DNA of 61,510 nucleotides, filler included. It is 14 parts of 14 records of this genome, joined end to end, with 100 filler letters (N's around TTAATTAATTAA, not from the genome) between each part and the next. Parts side by side here need not be neighbours in the genome. Positions count along the whole stretch, not along the records: positions 1 to 3,306 come from SRR7504441_80151; positions 3,407 to 6,585 come from SRR7504441_80183; positions 6,686 to 11,101 come from SRR7504441_80794; 11 more parts are not named here. One strand, written 5' to 3'. A program made the position numbers and the translations under genes. Positions within the stretch are counted from its first letter, which is position 1. Every line of letters begins with the position of its first letter. Shown here piece by piece: positions 1 through 8,531 of the stretch. Under the pieces are notes generated by a model. The model was not told the origin of the DNA. It worked only from the letters and a program-made list of their open reading frames with translations, and made no database searches.

Positions 1-118
1 ACATTTACTGGAACATTTACCAGAACATTTTGGGAAATTCACCGGGAATTGCCAAGGCTAGCGCTGTCCTCCATAGGGTGAGAAATTTAACGGACTCGAA
101 GTGCTGGGTGTGTCAACT

Positions 119-1517
119 ATGCTCAAGCAGATCGCCGGGTTGTCGGTGTCCGCGGCCGCGGGGCTCGGGGTGGTGGCGGTGGGGGGCAACATGGCGGTGG
201 AGGCCTCCCCAGTCCCGCCGTTCAAGCTGGACGGGCCCCGGTTCGACCAGGATAGCTTCCAGGGCCGGTTCCTCACCATGATTTCAAACACCGATCCCAG
301 GCGACCCGGCAGGCCAGCCCGCACGGGCCAGCTCGGGGCAGCAACCTGCTGGCGTCGGAGGCGCAGATCCGGGCGGCCGAGCAGAAGCTGGTCGACTACC
401 AGGCCGGCCGCGCTGGGAGGCTGTCCGACGCCGAGCTCTGGGCGGCTCGGAAGCTCAAGGAGTCGGCGGTGCACCCAGACACCGGGGACATCGTCCCGCA
501 GGTCGTTATAACCCTAACCCTAACAATAGCCGCGCAAACCGCCGCAAACAGCTCAAAATCGGCCGAACCAGTTCATGCCTGTCGGATGAACGGGGGCCGA
601 TTCTGAGCTGTTTTCGGCCCCGGATGCGACCGGGAAAGGCGTCGGGCCTCCAGCCTTCCTCATAGATTTGCAGGCGTTCAGGATGTCCGGGTACGTGCCG
701 TACAATGGGCCGATCTGCGTGGCCATGCTGCTCTCCTCCTCCACCCCAGCGCTGCTCTTCTGGGGATGGGTTAACGCACGACCCGTTGGCACCCCCAGCC
801 GGCCGCAGGTGAATCAGACCCAGAACGCGCTGGTCAACTACTTCAACCGGAATGCAGCCTCGCCCACCACCAACGAGGCCGCCCGCTGACCTAGAGCGCC
901 GCTCAGCGGCGGCAGCAGGTGCTTGGAATGTCCTACCTGGCTGCTGTGAGCTCGGCGCTCTCGATAGTGTTTGGCATCTCGCAGGTGCCGCCTGTGCTGT
1001 TTACAGCTGACCATCCGACCGGCAGCTGATCAAACGAACCTGCACCCCGGCCACCGCGGCGAGGATGATTGCGTTTGCCAACCTGCCTTCGTGCATGGCG
1101 GCCTCTAGCCTCAACTGCTACATGGTCCGCCGACCAGAAATCGCCCCAGGAATACCGATCACAGACAAAAACGGCAAGGTGCTAGCGGACGGGCGCAAGT
1201 CTAGCGTTGCGGCCGCCAAGGGGGTCAACTTTACGACTCTCACCAGGGTGGCGCTCCCCATACCGATCCTGGGGCTGCCGCCGTTCATCATGAATCTGCC
1301 GCCGGTGGCCACAATGGTGGCCGCCAACCCGGGGCTGGCCTTGCCGCTGTCCACGGCGCTAGTCATGGTCGGATTCGGGTTTGGGCTTCCAGCTTCTATT
1401 GCGTTATTCCCGTCCACGTTGTCAATAGAAGTGAGCGAGCTCGAGCCGGAGTTCCACGGCCTCACCGACGCCACTGGAGCCCCGATCTCCACTGTTTATC
1501 TGTACAAGGGCCTCTAA
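119..1517 (+). CDS. Sideroflexin (mitochondrial tricarboxylate/serine carrier family), 5 introns
   Basis: Spliced translation gives PRFDQDSFQGRF..TDPSNLL..ELWAARKLKESAVHPDTGDIVPQAFRMSGYVP..VNQTQNALVNYFNRNA..PASIALFP..VYLYKGL, all sideroflexin hallmarks. Introns at 301-341 (GC-AG) and 502-673, plus three more of 39-41 nt. Confidence 0.92.
541..618. repeat. 24-bp inverted repeat (22/24 matches) inside the 172-nt sideroflexin intron 2, next to a TAACCC-type repeat
   Basis: gccgcaaacagctcaaaatcggcc (541-564) versus ggccgattctgagctgttttcggc (595-618), with an inner gttcat/atgaac pair. taaccctaaccctaac lies at about 509-523. Confidence 0.85.
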
Positions 1518-1640
1518 ATCATGAGTAGCAGTGCGGATCCGTGATCGTTTGTAGATCGTAAACTTAAAACGAGCAGTGCACCGTCATAATTAGTGCGTAC
1601 GAGTAGACTACTGCGTATTTAACAACTGTATACGAGTACG

Positions 1641-1660
1641 TACCAGGTACGTACCTGGTA
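1641..1660. repeat. Perfect 20-bp palindrome in an intergenic spacer
   Basis: taccaggtacgtacctggta is its own reverse complement. Confidence 0.9.
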
Positions 1661-1764
1661 GACAACACTAGATCCGTTGATGGATGGCCGTTGACATCTC
1701 GACCACCTGACCAAGAGGCAGCGCCGTGAGTTGTGCAGGGAGGTCGCCTTCGGGAAGTTTTCGA

Positions 1765-3046
1765 ATGGCGCCTTCCAAGGGCCAGCAGCCGTCAGTTTCA
1801 ACTAAGGTGCTGCCCCGCTCGCGGCCGCCGACCGCTTCATTGCCGGGGCTGCCAGGTGCTAGTGGCGACGTTCCTTACGCTACAAGTGGCCACTATGGTG
1901 CTTGTTCTACGCTACAGCATGGTGACCACCCAGTACGTGCTCCCGACCGCGGTGCGCCCCGGCAGGCTGGGCGCGCCGAGCGCTCGGCTAGGTGCTGCTG
2001 GGGGAGGCGGTGAAGCTGCTGGTGGGGCTCGGAGGGCTGGTGGTCACCGCGGCCAACTCGGCCGACTCCGTGATCTCGCTGCGGAACGACTTTGGGCACA
2101 TTGTCGACGCGAAGGGGCTGCTCCGGATGGGTGCTCCGGCTTTGCTCTATCTGGTCCCCGCTGGGCTGACCGTGGCTCACACCGCCGGCCAGGTGCAGAA
2201 CAATCTTCTTTTCTACGCTATGTCCAACGTGGACGCGGCCACCTATCAGGCAGACAGCCGGCCGGCCGAGCTAATCTCGGGACAGGTGACGTACCAGCTC
2301 AAAACGCTGACAACTGCCGGCTTCAGTGTTCTCATGCTCGGTACGCGCCCGGCTGCCAGTCTGTTACTAGAGCGCAGGCACCCGACTCTCCAACTGGCAG
2401 TGGCTGTCGCTGATTGGACTCTCGATTGGGATCAGCCTGTGCCAGTGGAAGCCGTCAACAGGCGCGCCGCAGACTGGACACGAGGACCAGACGTCTGGAG
2501 TGCTTGCTCTGATAGCTGCTTGCTTCACCAGCAGCATCGCCGGGGTGTACACAGAGAAGATGCTCAAAGGCTCCCAGGTGCGGAACTCCGGATCGGGTTG
2601 AGCTGGCACAGGTGTCGCTCTGGGTGCGGAATGTTCAACTGGCCTTCTGGTCGATCGTGGCTGGGATGCTCACACTGTACGGCACCAACACACCGGATTC
2701 TCGGGCGGTGGCGCAGAACGGATTCCTGCAGGGCTACACCCCAATAGTGTGGTTGGTGGTACTGCTGCAGGGCGCCACGGGAATTTTGGTTGCTCTGGTG
2801 ATGAAATACGCTGACAACATCATCAAAAACTTTTCGGTCGCAATGGCCACCGTGATTGCCACCGTATGTTCAGTGCCGCTGTTTGGCACTTGGCCGACCA
2901 GCTACTTCGTGTTTGGAATGTTTATAGTGTTTGTCTCAATCTACGTGCCAATGCATTGGTACACAGCTGACACCTCCGGCAGGTGTATTCGACTTACAAA
3001 TGGATTGAAGAGCAGGACGAGCCAAGAGCGTACGCCAAGCCAGTAG
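1765..3046 (+). CDS. Nucleotide-sugar transporter, SLC35A/UDP-galactose-CMP-sialic acid transporter family, about 6 introns
   Basis: Motifs [68 protein letters not shown]. Confidence 0.9.
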
Positions 3047-3306
3047 GCACCATTTACTCATCGATGCTTGAGGCACACAAACAAGACGGGCTAGACAGCG
3101 ATGAGGTCGATCTAGAGAAGGCATCGCCAAAAATGACGTGATGTTGCAAAATTGATTACCAACACACAATACTTTTTCTACGTTAACACATGATTGTGCT
3201 GTTTGTGTAACATTACTGTTTGTGTACTGTAGATCAGGTCTTCTAGTTTTTAGTCTAGGAGAAATTATGAAGAAATTAAACAGTAGATACATTTATTGAA
3301 GGTCGA

Positions 3307-3406
3307 NNNNNNNNNNNNNNNNNNNNNNNNNNNNNNNNNNNNNNNNNNNNTTAATTAATTAANNNNNNNNNNNNNNNNNNNNNNNNNNNNNNNNNNNNNN
3401 NNNNNN
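3307..3406. other. Artificial contig linker (N44-TTAATTAATTAA-N44). The same linker occurs at 6586, 11102, 16020, 19939, 23632, 26905, 30947, 34329, 37932, 46822, 50884 and 55578
   Basis: Identical 100-nt N-padded cassette with stops in all six frames, repeated 13 times. Confidence 0.98.
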
Positions 3407-3580
3407 CACCCGCGCTGATTGAGTTAACAAAAATTCCTTCTCATGCATTCGGCCTGGCCCACTAATTAAGAGGCCGTTACGCGATGGAGGGGGCCGAGCG
3501 TTGGGATGAGGGGCTGGGCGGCGATGCGCTAGCGGAGTTCTGGTTGGACGGGGACTTGAACGCGGGCGCTTTCGGGGGGT

Positions 3581-6166
3581 TTGTGCATGGGAACGCGAGC
3601 AATCGCGACGGCCGGCGGCACAGGCGATCGCGTGGGAACGCGGGGGGGGGGGGACAAGCGGCAGAGGGATTGGGCAGAGCGTCGGTCAGATCAGCGGCAG
3701 ACTGGCGAACGCGCACAGCAGCGACGCGGTAGGGGGTCAGCGGAGAGGCGGCGGGCACGGCGAGCACAGGACGGGACGCGGGGCGTAGTCAGCAGCGGCG
3801 GCAGTGATAGCGACAGTCCGGGCGAGGACGCGGGATGGGTAGACGCGCTGAGCTGGGTATCGGCGGTCGAGGCGGGCAGTGCAGAAGTGGAGGGAGGTGC
3901 AGTGCACGAAGCTGCGCGGCAGGTGGAGGAGATCCGGCGGTGCGAGCAGGTAATTAGGCAGCTAGAGGAGACGCTGGAGCAGAGGACGAGGCTGGTATGG
4001 ATAGCGAGAGGACAGGCGCTGGGCAGGGCGATCAGGAGGAGGCAGGCTGGTGGTACGACAGGGCAGCGGACATTGGGGCAAATTGTGGCGGATTGGCGGA
4101 GGGCAGCACGCAGAGCAGCAGCGGTTAGCGTGCTTTTACAGCGGGCGGCAAGGGCGGCAGGGGTCGGGTTGGCGATGCAGATGCTGGTGTACAACTGGAG
4201 GTGGGCTGCTAGTGAGGGGACAAGGCATGGGGCCGAAACAGGGTCACTGGTGGCAAGTGTGTTGGCAGGGGTAGCGGAGGAGGATAGGCTCAGGCTGGAG
4301 CAGGAGCTGCGCAGGCGTGAGATGCTGGGGTGGAGCAGAGGGGAGCAGAGGGTGGATGAGATATACAGGGAGGAGTTCAACAGGATGGAGAGGCAGCTGG
4401 GGCAGAGTGAGACGGAGCTGAGGGAAACGCAGGACAGGCTGGATGGAGCAGAGTGGCAGTTGAGGTTAAGGGAAGAGGCAGAGCGGGTGGGCAGGGGAGA
4501 GGAGGAGTGGCAGCGGGTGCTAAGGAAGTACGCGGAGCAATGTGAGCCGGGGGAGAGCATTTCCTATACGAAGTGCACGCTCAGGCGCTACTGGGACGAG
4601 CCCAGGGTTAGGATGTCGGTGGCAGAGGGGGTGTGTCGGCAGCTGGAGGAGAGGGTGGAGGTGGGGAGGGCTGAGACGTTGGGGGAGGAGGTGCAGTGTT
4701 TGCAGGAGAGCAAGCGACGGCTGGAGCAGGAGGTGACGAAGTGGACGGAGGCAGCGGAGGATGCGGAGGCGGGTTGGATGGAGCAGCAGGAGAGGATGTT
4801 TGCAGTCGTGCAACAGCTGCAAGCTGAGAGGCAGAGTCTTGAGCAATTGAGGCAGGATCAATGGAAGGAGAGGGAGCGACAGAAGGAGGAGCATCGGAGG
4901 CAGCGGCGTCTGTTGCATGGGCAGAGGTTGGTGGAGGCAGCGGTCAGCAACGGGAGGGCTAGGATTTGGCGGATGCCGTGCCTGGGGCTGCAGGAGTTGG
5001 GGGAGCTGCGAGTTGTAGCAGGGGTGAGTGCAGGGCTCAGGCAGAAAGAGGTTGGTGGGGGGGCGGTGTTATTTAATTATAAGTCTGGGGACGAGTTGGA
5101 TGGAGTGGTGGACAAGGTGCTGGGGATCAGTGCAGAGGACAGGGTGGACAAGGTGCTGGGGAAGGGTGGGAGAGACAAAGCGTGGCTTCAAGCGCGGCGG
5201 AGGGTGGCGGAGCTCGTTCACGAATGCAGGGGAGTGGTGTTCTCAACTGATGGCAGGGTGTTGGCAAGGCCGGTACAGCGGTTCATGAGGCTGTGGGAGA
5301 TGCAGCGGCTGGCGGACCAGATTGTGCCTGAGGTGGTGACAGAGAAATTAGATGGCGAGATGATGTGTGGGATGGTGGTGGGGGGATCGGTGGAGCTATG
5401 GTCCCGAGGCGGATGGACCGAGCAGGCGGTGTCAGCAACTCGGGCAGCGAGTGAACAGCCGGGGATTTGCGAGTTGGTGTCTGAGGTGTGGGAGCTGGGG
5501 AGCAGTGTGACTTTCGAGTACATCGGCAGGCAGAGCTTGGTGAAGGTTAGGTATGAAGAGACGCAGCTGGTAGTGGTGGCAGTCAGAGTGCGGGACACAG
5601 GAGAGTGGTGGGCGTACGAACAGCTAAAGGAATTGTGTGAGCGGCACGGGGTAGCGGTGGTCCATAGGCTGAGCGATCTGGAGAGTCTGACGCTGAGGGA
5701 ATTGGGTCGTGTAGTTGAAGGCTGGGTGGGGATGGAGGGAGTTGTGGTTTGGCTGGGGGCGGGTGAAGCGTGCAAGGTCAAGACCAGATGGTGGCTGAAC
5801 AGGAGCAGCAGACAGAAGCGGAGATGGTACAGGCCACTGGCAAGAGAGCGGGCGACGGAGAGGCGGGCAAAGCGGGAACAGCATTTGGAGACGGTGCAGC
5901 AGAGGGTGACGCTTCGGGGCTGGTGCAGCAGGGTGAGCCCAGTGGAGGCAATGAAAGCCTTTGGAGCTGACAAGGTTGAGGCTTTTTATCGGAGGTCGGA
6001 CGGCAAGCAGGGAACAGTAGTGGTGAGTTTTAGGGAGGCGGACAGGGCCAGGAAGTTGAGGGGCCAACAAATTTGCGGGGACCAGGAGCTGTGGGCAGAG
6101 CAGGCATACAGCATGAGGTCAAGGAGCAACGAGTATAGAGTGGTGAGGGCATGGTGGGGTGCATAG
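3581..6166 (+). CDS. Intronless 861-aa protein: long coiled coil + T4 Rnl1-like RNA ligase domain + C-terminal RRM-like domain
   Basis: Rnl1-type LFNY and ECRGVVFSTDGRVLARPVQRF, then nucleotidyltransferase motif I EKLDG (Lys codon 5345-5347), III TFEY, IIIa VVAVR, IV EGVVV and V KVK. E/R/Q-rich heptad region upstream. C-terminal RVTLRGW..KQGTVVVSF..A..LRG resembles RNP2/RNP1. Confidence 0.82.
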   Translation: MCMGTRAIATAGGTGDRVGTRGGGDKRQRDWAERRSDQRQTGERAQQRRGRGSAERRRARRAQDGTRGVVSSGGSDSDSPGEDAGWVDALSWVSAVEAGSAEVEGGAVHEAARQVEEIRRCEQVIRQLEETLEQRTRLVWIARGQALGRAIRRRQAGGTTGQRTLGQIVADWRRAARRAAAVSVLLQRAARAAGVGLAMQMLVYNWRWAASEGTRHGAETGSLVASVLAGVAEEDRLRLEQELRRREMLGWSRGEQRVDEIYREEFNRMERQLGQSETELRETQDRLDGAEWQLRLREEAERVGRGEEEWQRVLRKYAEQCEPGESISYTKCTLRRYWDEPRVRMSVAEGVCRQLEERVEVGRAETLGEEVQCLQESKRRLEQEVTKWTEAAEDAEAGWMEQQERMFAVVQQLQAERQSLEQLRQDQWKERERQKEEHRRQRRLLHGQRLVEAAVSNGRARIWRMPCLGLQELGELRVVAGVSAGLRQKEVGGGAVLFNYKSGDELDGVVDKVLGISAEDRVDKVLGKGGRDKAWLQARRRVAELVHECRGVVFSTDGRVLARPVQRFMRLWEMQRLADQIVPEVVTEKLDGEMMCGMVVGGSVELWSRGGWTEQAVSATRAASEQPGICELVSEVWELGSSVTFEYIGRQSLVKVRYEETQLVVVAVRVRDTGEWWAYEQLKELCERHGVAVVHRLSDLESLTLRELGRVVEGWVGMEGVVVWLGAGEACKVKTRWWLNRSSRQKRRWYRPLARERATERRAKREQHLETVQQRVTLRGWCSRVSPVEAMKAFGADKVEAFYRRSDGKQGTVVVSFREADRARKLRGQQICGDQELWAEQAYSMRSRSNEYRVVRAWWGA

Positions 6167-6197
6167 ATGTGGGCACTAGGGGACAGGCAGGAGTCTG

Positions 6198-6277
6198 GGC
6201 AGCGGATTGGAGTTACAGCAGATTGGGATGGCAGCGGATTGGAGTTACAGCAGATTGGAGTTACAGCAGATTGGAGC
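6198..6277 (+). repeat. Tandem repeat of a 16-nt unit GCAGATTGGAGTTACA, including a 29-nt direct duplication
   Basis: ggcagcggattggagttacagcagattgg occurs twice, followed by agttacagcagattggagc. Confidence 0.9.
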
Positions 6278-6332
6278 AAGTAGTTAGCGGATACTTAGGA
6301 GTTACGGTTAGGAGTTAGCAGATAGGAGTGGG

Positions 6333-6441
6333 GGCGAGCGCATCTCGCGCGGAGACCCGGGTCGCTTTGTTGGCGGTTTGGGGGGTCAAACTTTGATCGT
6401 CAATAGGGTGATTTGGGTCTCTACGCGGGGGTGCGCTCGCC
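6333..6441 (+). ncRNA. Long G-U-rich stem-loop (candidate structured RNA or ssDNA element)
   Basis: Manual pairing of 6333-6378 with 6441-6395 gives 32 Watson-Crick and 13 G-U pairs, one C-A mismatch and one bulge. Confidence 0.7.
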
Positions 6442-6916
6442 GTGAGTCTCGAGGCGGTATGCCTCTACAGTGGTGTGTTGTGATAATAGCGTATGCCAAG
6501 CAAATGCTGCTGTGGCATTGGAGCAATGCATCGAATAAACGCTAGGTCTGGGCGAGGATGTCGGTGCGCCAATGCCAGTGGGTAGNNNNNNNNNNNNNNN
6601 NNNNNNNNNNNNNNNNNNNNNNNNNNNNNTTAATTAATTAANNNNNNNNNNNNNNNNNNNNNNNNNNNNNNNNNNNNNNNNNNNNATACAGACTTGAACA
6701 CGTACTAAGCCAAGCTGCCTAAATACCTAGCCGCCTTGTTCGTACACAATGCCAAACTATAGTACGACTGATCAATCATGTTTATAGTGTACATACAAAC
6801 ATAAAAATTCTTTAATTTTCAGATCTTCTCAAAACCCAGCCGACTCGGTCACTACTCGGTCACCCGAGCTGTACCCGAGCTAGAGTGGACAACGCATTAC
6901 GCAACCATTGTATATA

Positions 6917-8398
6917 TCAGACCACCTCCTCGTTGGGCGTCTTCATGATCTTGTTCTCGTCTGGGTCAGCCTTAGCGAAGCTCGGATTGGGCGAGTGGTT
7001 TGGCGTAAAGAAAGGCGAGTTCAACTCAGACTCCGGATCTAGCTTACCCCAGTTGGATAGCAGCAGCAGCGACTGCATCACCGTGAGGCCTAGAAGCACA
7101 CCCGCGCACACCCTGAGCCCACCGTGATCGAGAGTCGCCCCGGCTATGAGTGGCCCAAGCGTGCGGCCGAGACCTTGCATGGTCAGCGCCACACTGCCCG
7201 ACAGGCCTTCAAACCCCGCCCCGGACATGAGCTTAGTGAACAATGCCATTGAGGGCGCATTCTGGCAGCAGAATCCGAGCAGCACAGGCAAGCCCATCAT
7301 ATAGAACCACAGGTGGGTGGCGGAGTGTGTGGTAGGCAGCTTGAACCATATCACCACCACCACCGCAGCATAAAAGCAGGCCGACCCGAGCATGAGGCAC
7401 CGGTCCGGTATCCACTTGGATAGTATTCCTACGCAGATCATCATGGCTGCAACCACCACCGCCACCGCCCCAAAGAACAGCGATATCGCCTTGAGGTCCC
7501 ACCCGAACGAGTCTTTGAGCACAGGCGGGATGAGCGTGTCCAGAACAGAGAACCAGAGCATGGCTAGCATGGCCGAGATGGTCACGGTGAGTGCACCAGG
7601 GGTTCGCCACACCGCTGCAAATCCCCTGGCCACGCCGCAGCACAGCCCGCAGCAGCCCCCGGACTGGGCGGGCGACTTGTCCTCGGGCTTGTCCGGGAGC
7701 TCGGCGTCCGAGAAGAAGAGCACGACCATCAGCAGACACACGCCATTCAGCACAGCCAGCACAAACCCGGCGCCGGTATACTCGTTCACCCAGACTGAGC
7801 CGAACAGCCGGAAGTTGGCATCCGCGATCCCAAAGTTGAGCGCCGGCCCCACAGCCATCCCGGAGAGCCCGATCGCCTGGAGCACTGCGATCGCCTGCGA
7901 GCGCCGGTCGATCGAGGAGGTCTCGACCACGAACTTCTGGACAGCGGCCATGTTGGTCGAGCCAATCCCCGCCACCGCCCGGCCCAAGATCATGAACGCG
8001 GCCGAGTGCCCCGCGTCGGCCAGTCCGTAGCATAGGTCGCCGACGATCATCATGCTCACTGAGATCAGGAGCATGGCCCGCATCGAGGTGAGGTCTGCCA
8101 ACAGCCCGGCCAGGCTGAGCGTGGATATCCGGGCGAGCGGGTAGACAGCCAGGATGATCCCGTACACCATGTTGGGCGCGTTCAGGTGCCGGCAGTAGCC
8201 CTGGGCCGACGGCATGATCACCGAGTAGTCTACCATCCCCACGAAGTTGATGCACATCACAGTGGCGTAGCTCAACCAGTAGCGCCGCCCACGCCCAGGC
8301 GCAGGGCCGTCCGGCGACTGGTGCAGCGGCTGATACCCCTGCTTGTCCTCGCCGAGGTCCAGCCGCTCGCCATCGATCGAGCCGAACGCCCGACTCAT
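6917..8398 (-). CDS. Major facilitator superfamily transporter (MFSD8/ZIFL-like), intronless
   Basis: 493 aa with about 12 hydrophobic segments. GLLADLTSMR motif A variant, GRAVAGIGS, GRTLGPLIAG. Confidence 0.88.
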   Translation of the reverse strand: MSRAFGSIDGERLDLGEDKQGYQPLHQSPDGPAPGRGRRYWLSYATVMCINFVGMVDYSVIMPSAQGYCRHLNAPNMVYGIILAVYPLARISTLSLAGLLADLTSMRAMLLISVSMMIVGDLCYGLADAGHSAAFMILGRAVAGIGSTNMAAVQKFVVETSSIDRRSQAIAVLQAIGLSGMAVGPALNFGIADANFRLFGSVWVNEYTGAGFVLAVLNGVCLLMVVLFFSDAELPDKPEDKSPAQSGGCCGLCCGVARGFAAVWRTPGALTVTISAMLAMLWFSVLDTLIPPVLKDSFGWDLKAISLFFGAVAVVVAAMMICVGILSKWIPDRCLMLGSACFYAAVVVVIWFKLPTTHSATHLWFYMMGLPVLLGFCCQNAPSMALFTKLMSGAGFEGLSGSVALTMQGLGRTLGPLIAGATLDHGGLRVCAGVLLGLTVMQSLLLLSNWGKLDPESELNSPFFTPNHSPNPSFAKADPDENKIMKTPNEEVV

Positions 8399-8440
8399 CC
8401 TGCCCCCGCTGCTGGCAGGTCGGGGATAGAGGTAACCCTG

Positions 8441-8478
8441 TATATTATTTATTATTTTTACTATTATTATTTTTATTA
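8441..8478. repeat. (TAT)n-like AT microsatellite in a divergent spacer
   Basis: tatattatttattatttttactattattatttttatta between the MFS and polycystin-like starts. Confidence 0.75.
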
Positions 8479-8531
8479 CGCTGGTGGGAGCCCAGGCGGC
8501 ACAGCGCGGCCAGGACAGCGCGGTGCGGGTG

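Larger units (their letters stand above)
3407..6585 (+). mobile_element. Putative mobile or foreign element carrying the RNA ligase ORF (whole contig)
   Basis: Extreme G/purine skew on the + strand, no introns in an intron-rich genome, LINE-ORF1-like coiled-coil/RRM layout, 3' tandem repeats and hairpins. No RT, integrase or termini are visible. Confidence 0.4.

Noticed and set aside
1-52. Degenerate ~12-nt repeats (acatttactgga/acatttaccaga)
   Set aside because: Truncated at the window edge and too short and degenerate to interpret.
3413-3483. Hammerhead or HDV ribozyme at the 5' end of the ligase contig (ctgattgag, cggcct/aggccg stem)
   Set aside because: The core does not match CUGANGA..GAAA and I could not build the nested HDV pseudoknot.
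6198-6277. CRISPR-like array after the ligase ORF
   Set aside because: The units are directly tandem with no unique spacers, and no cas genes are present.
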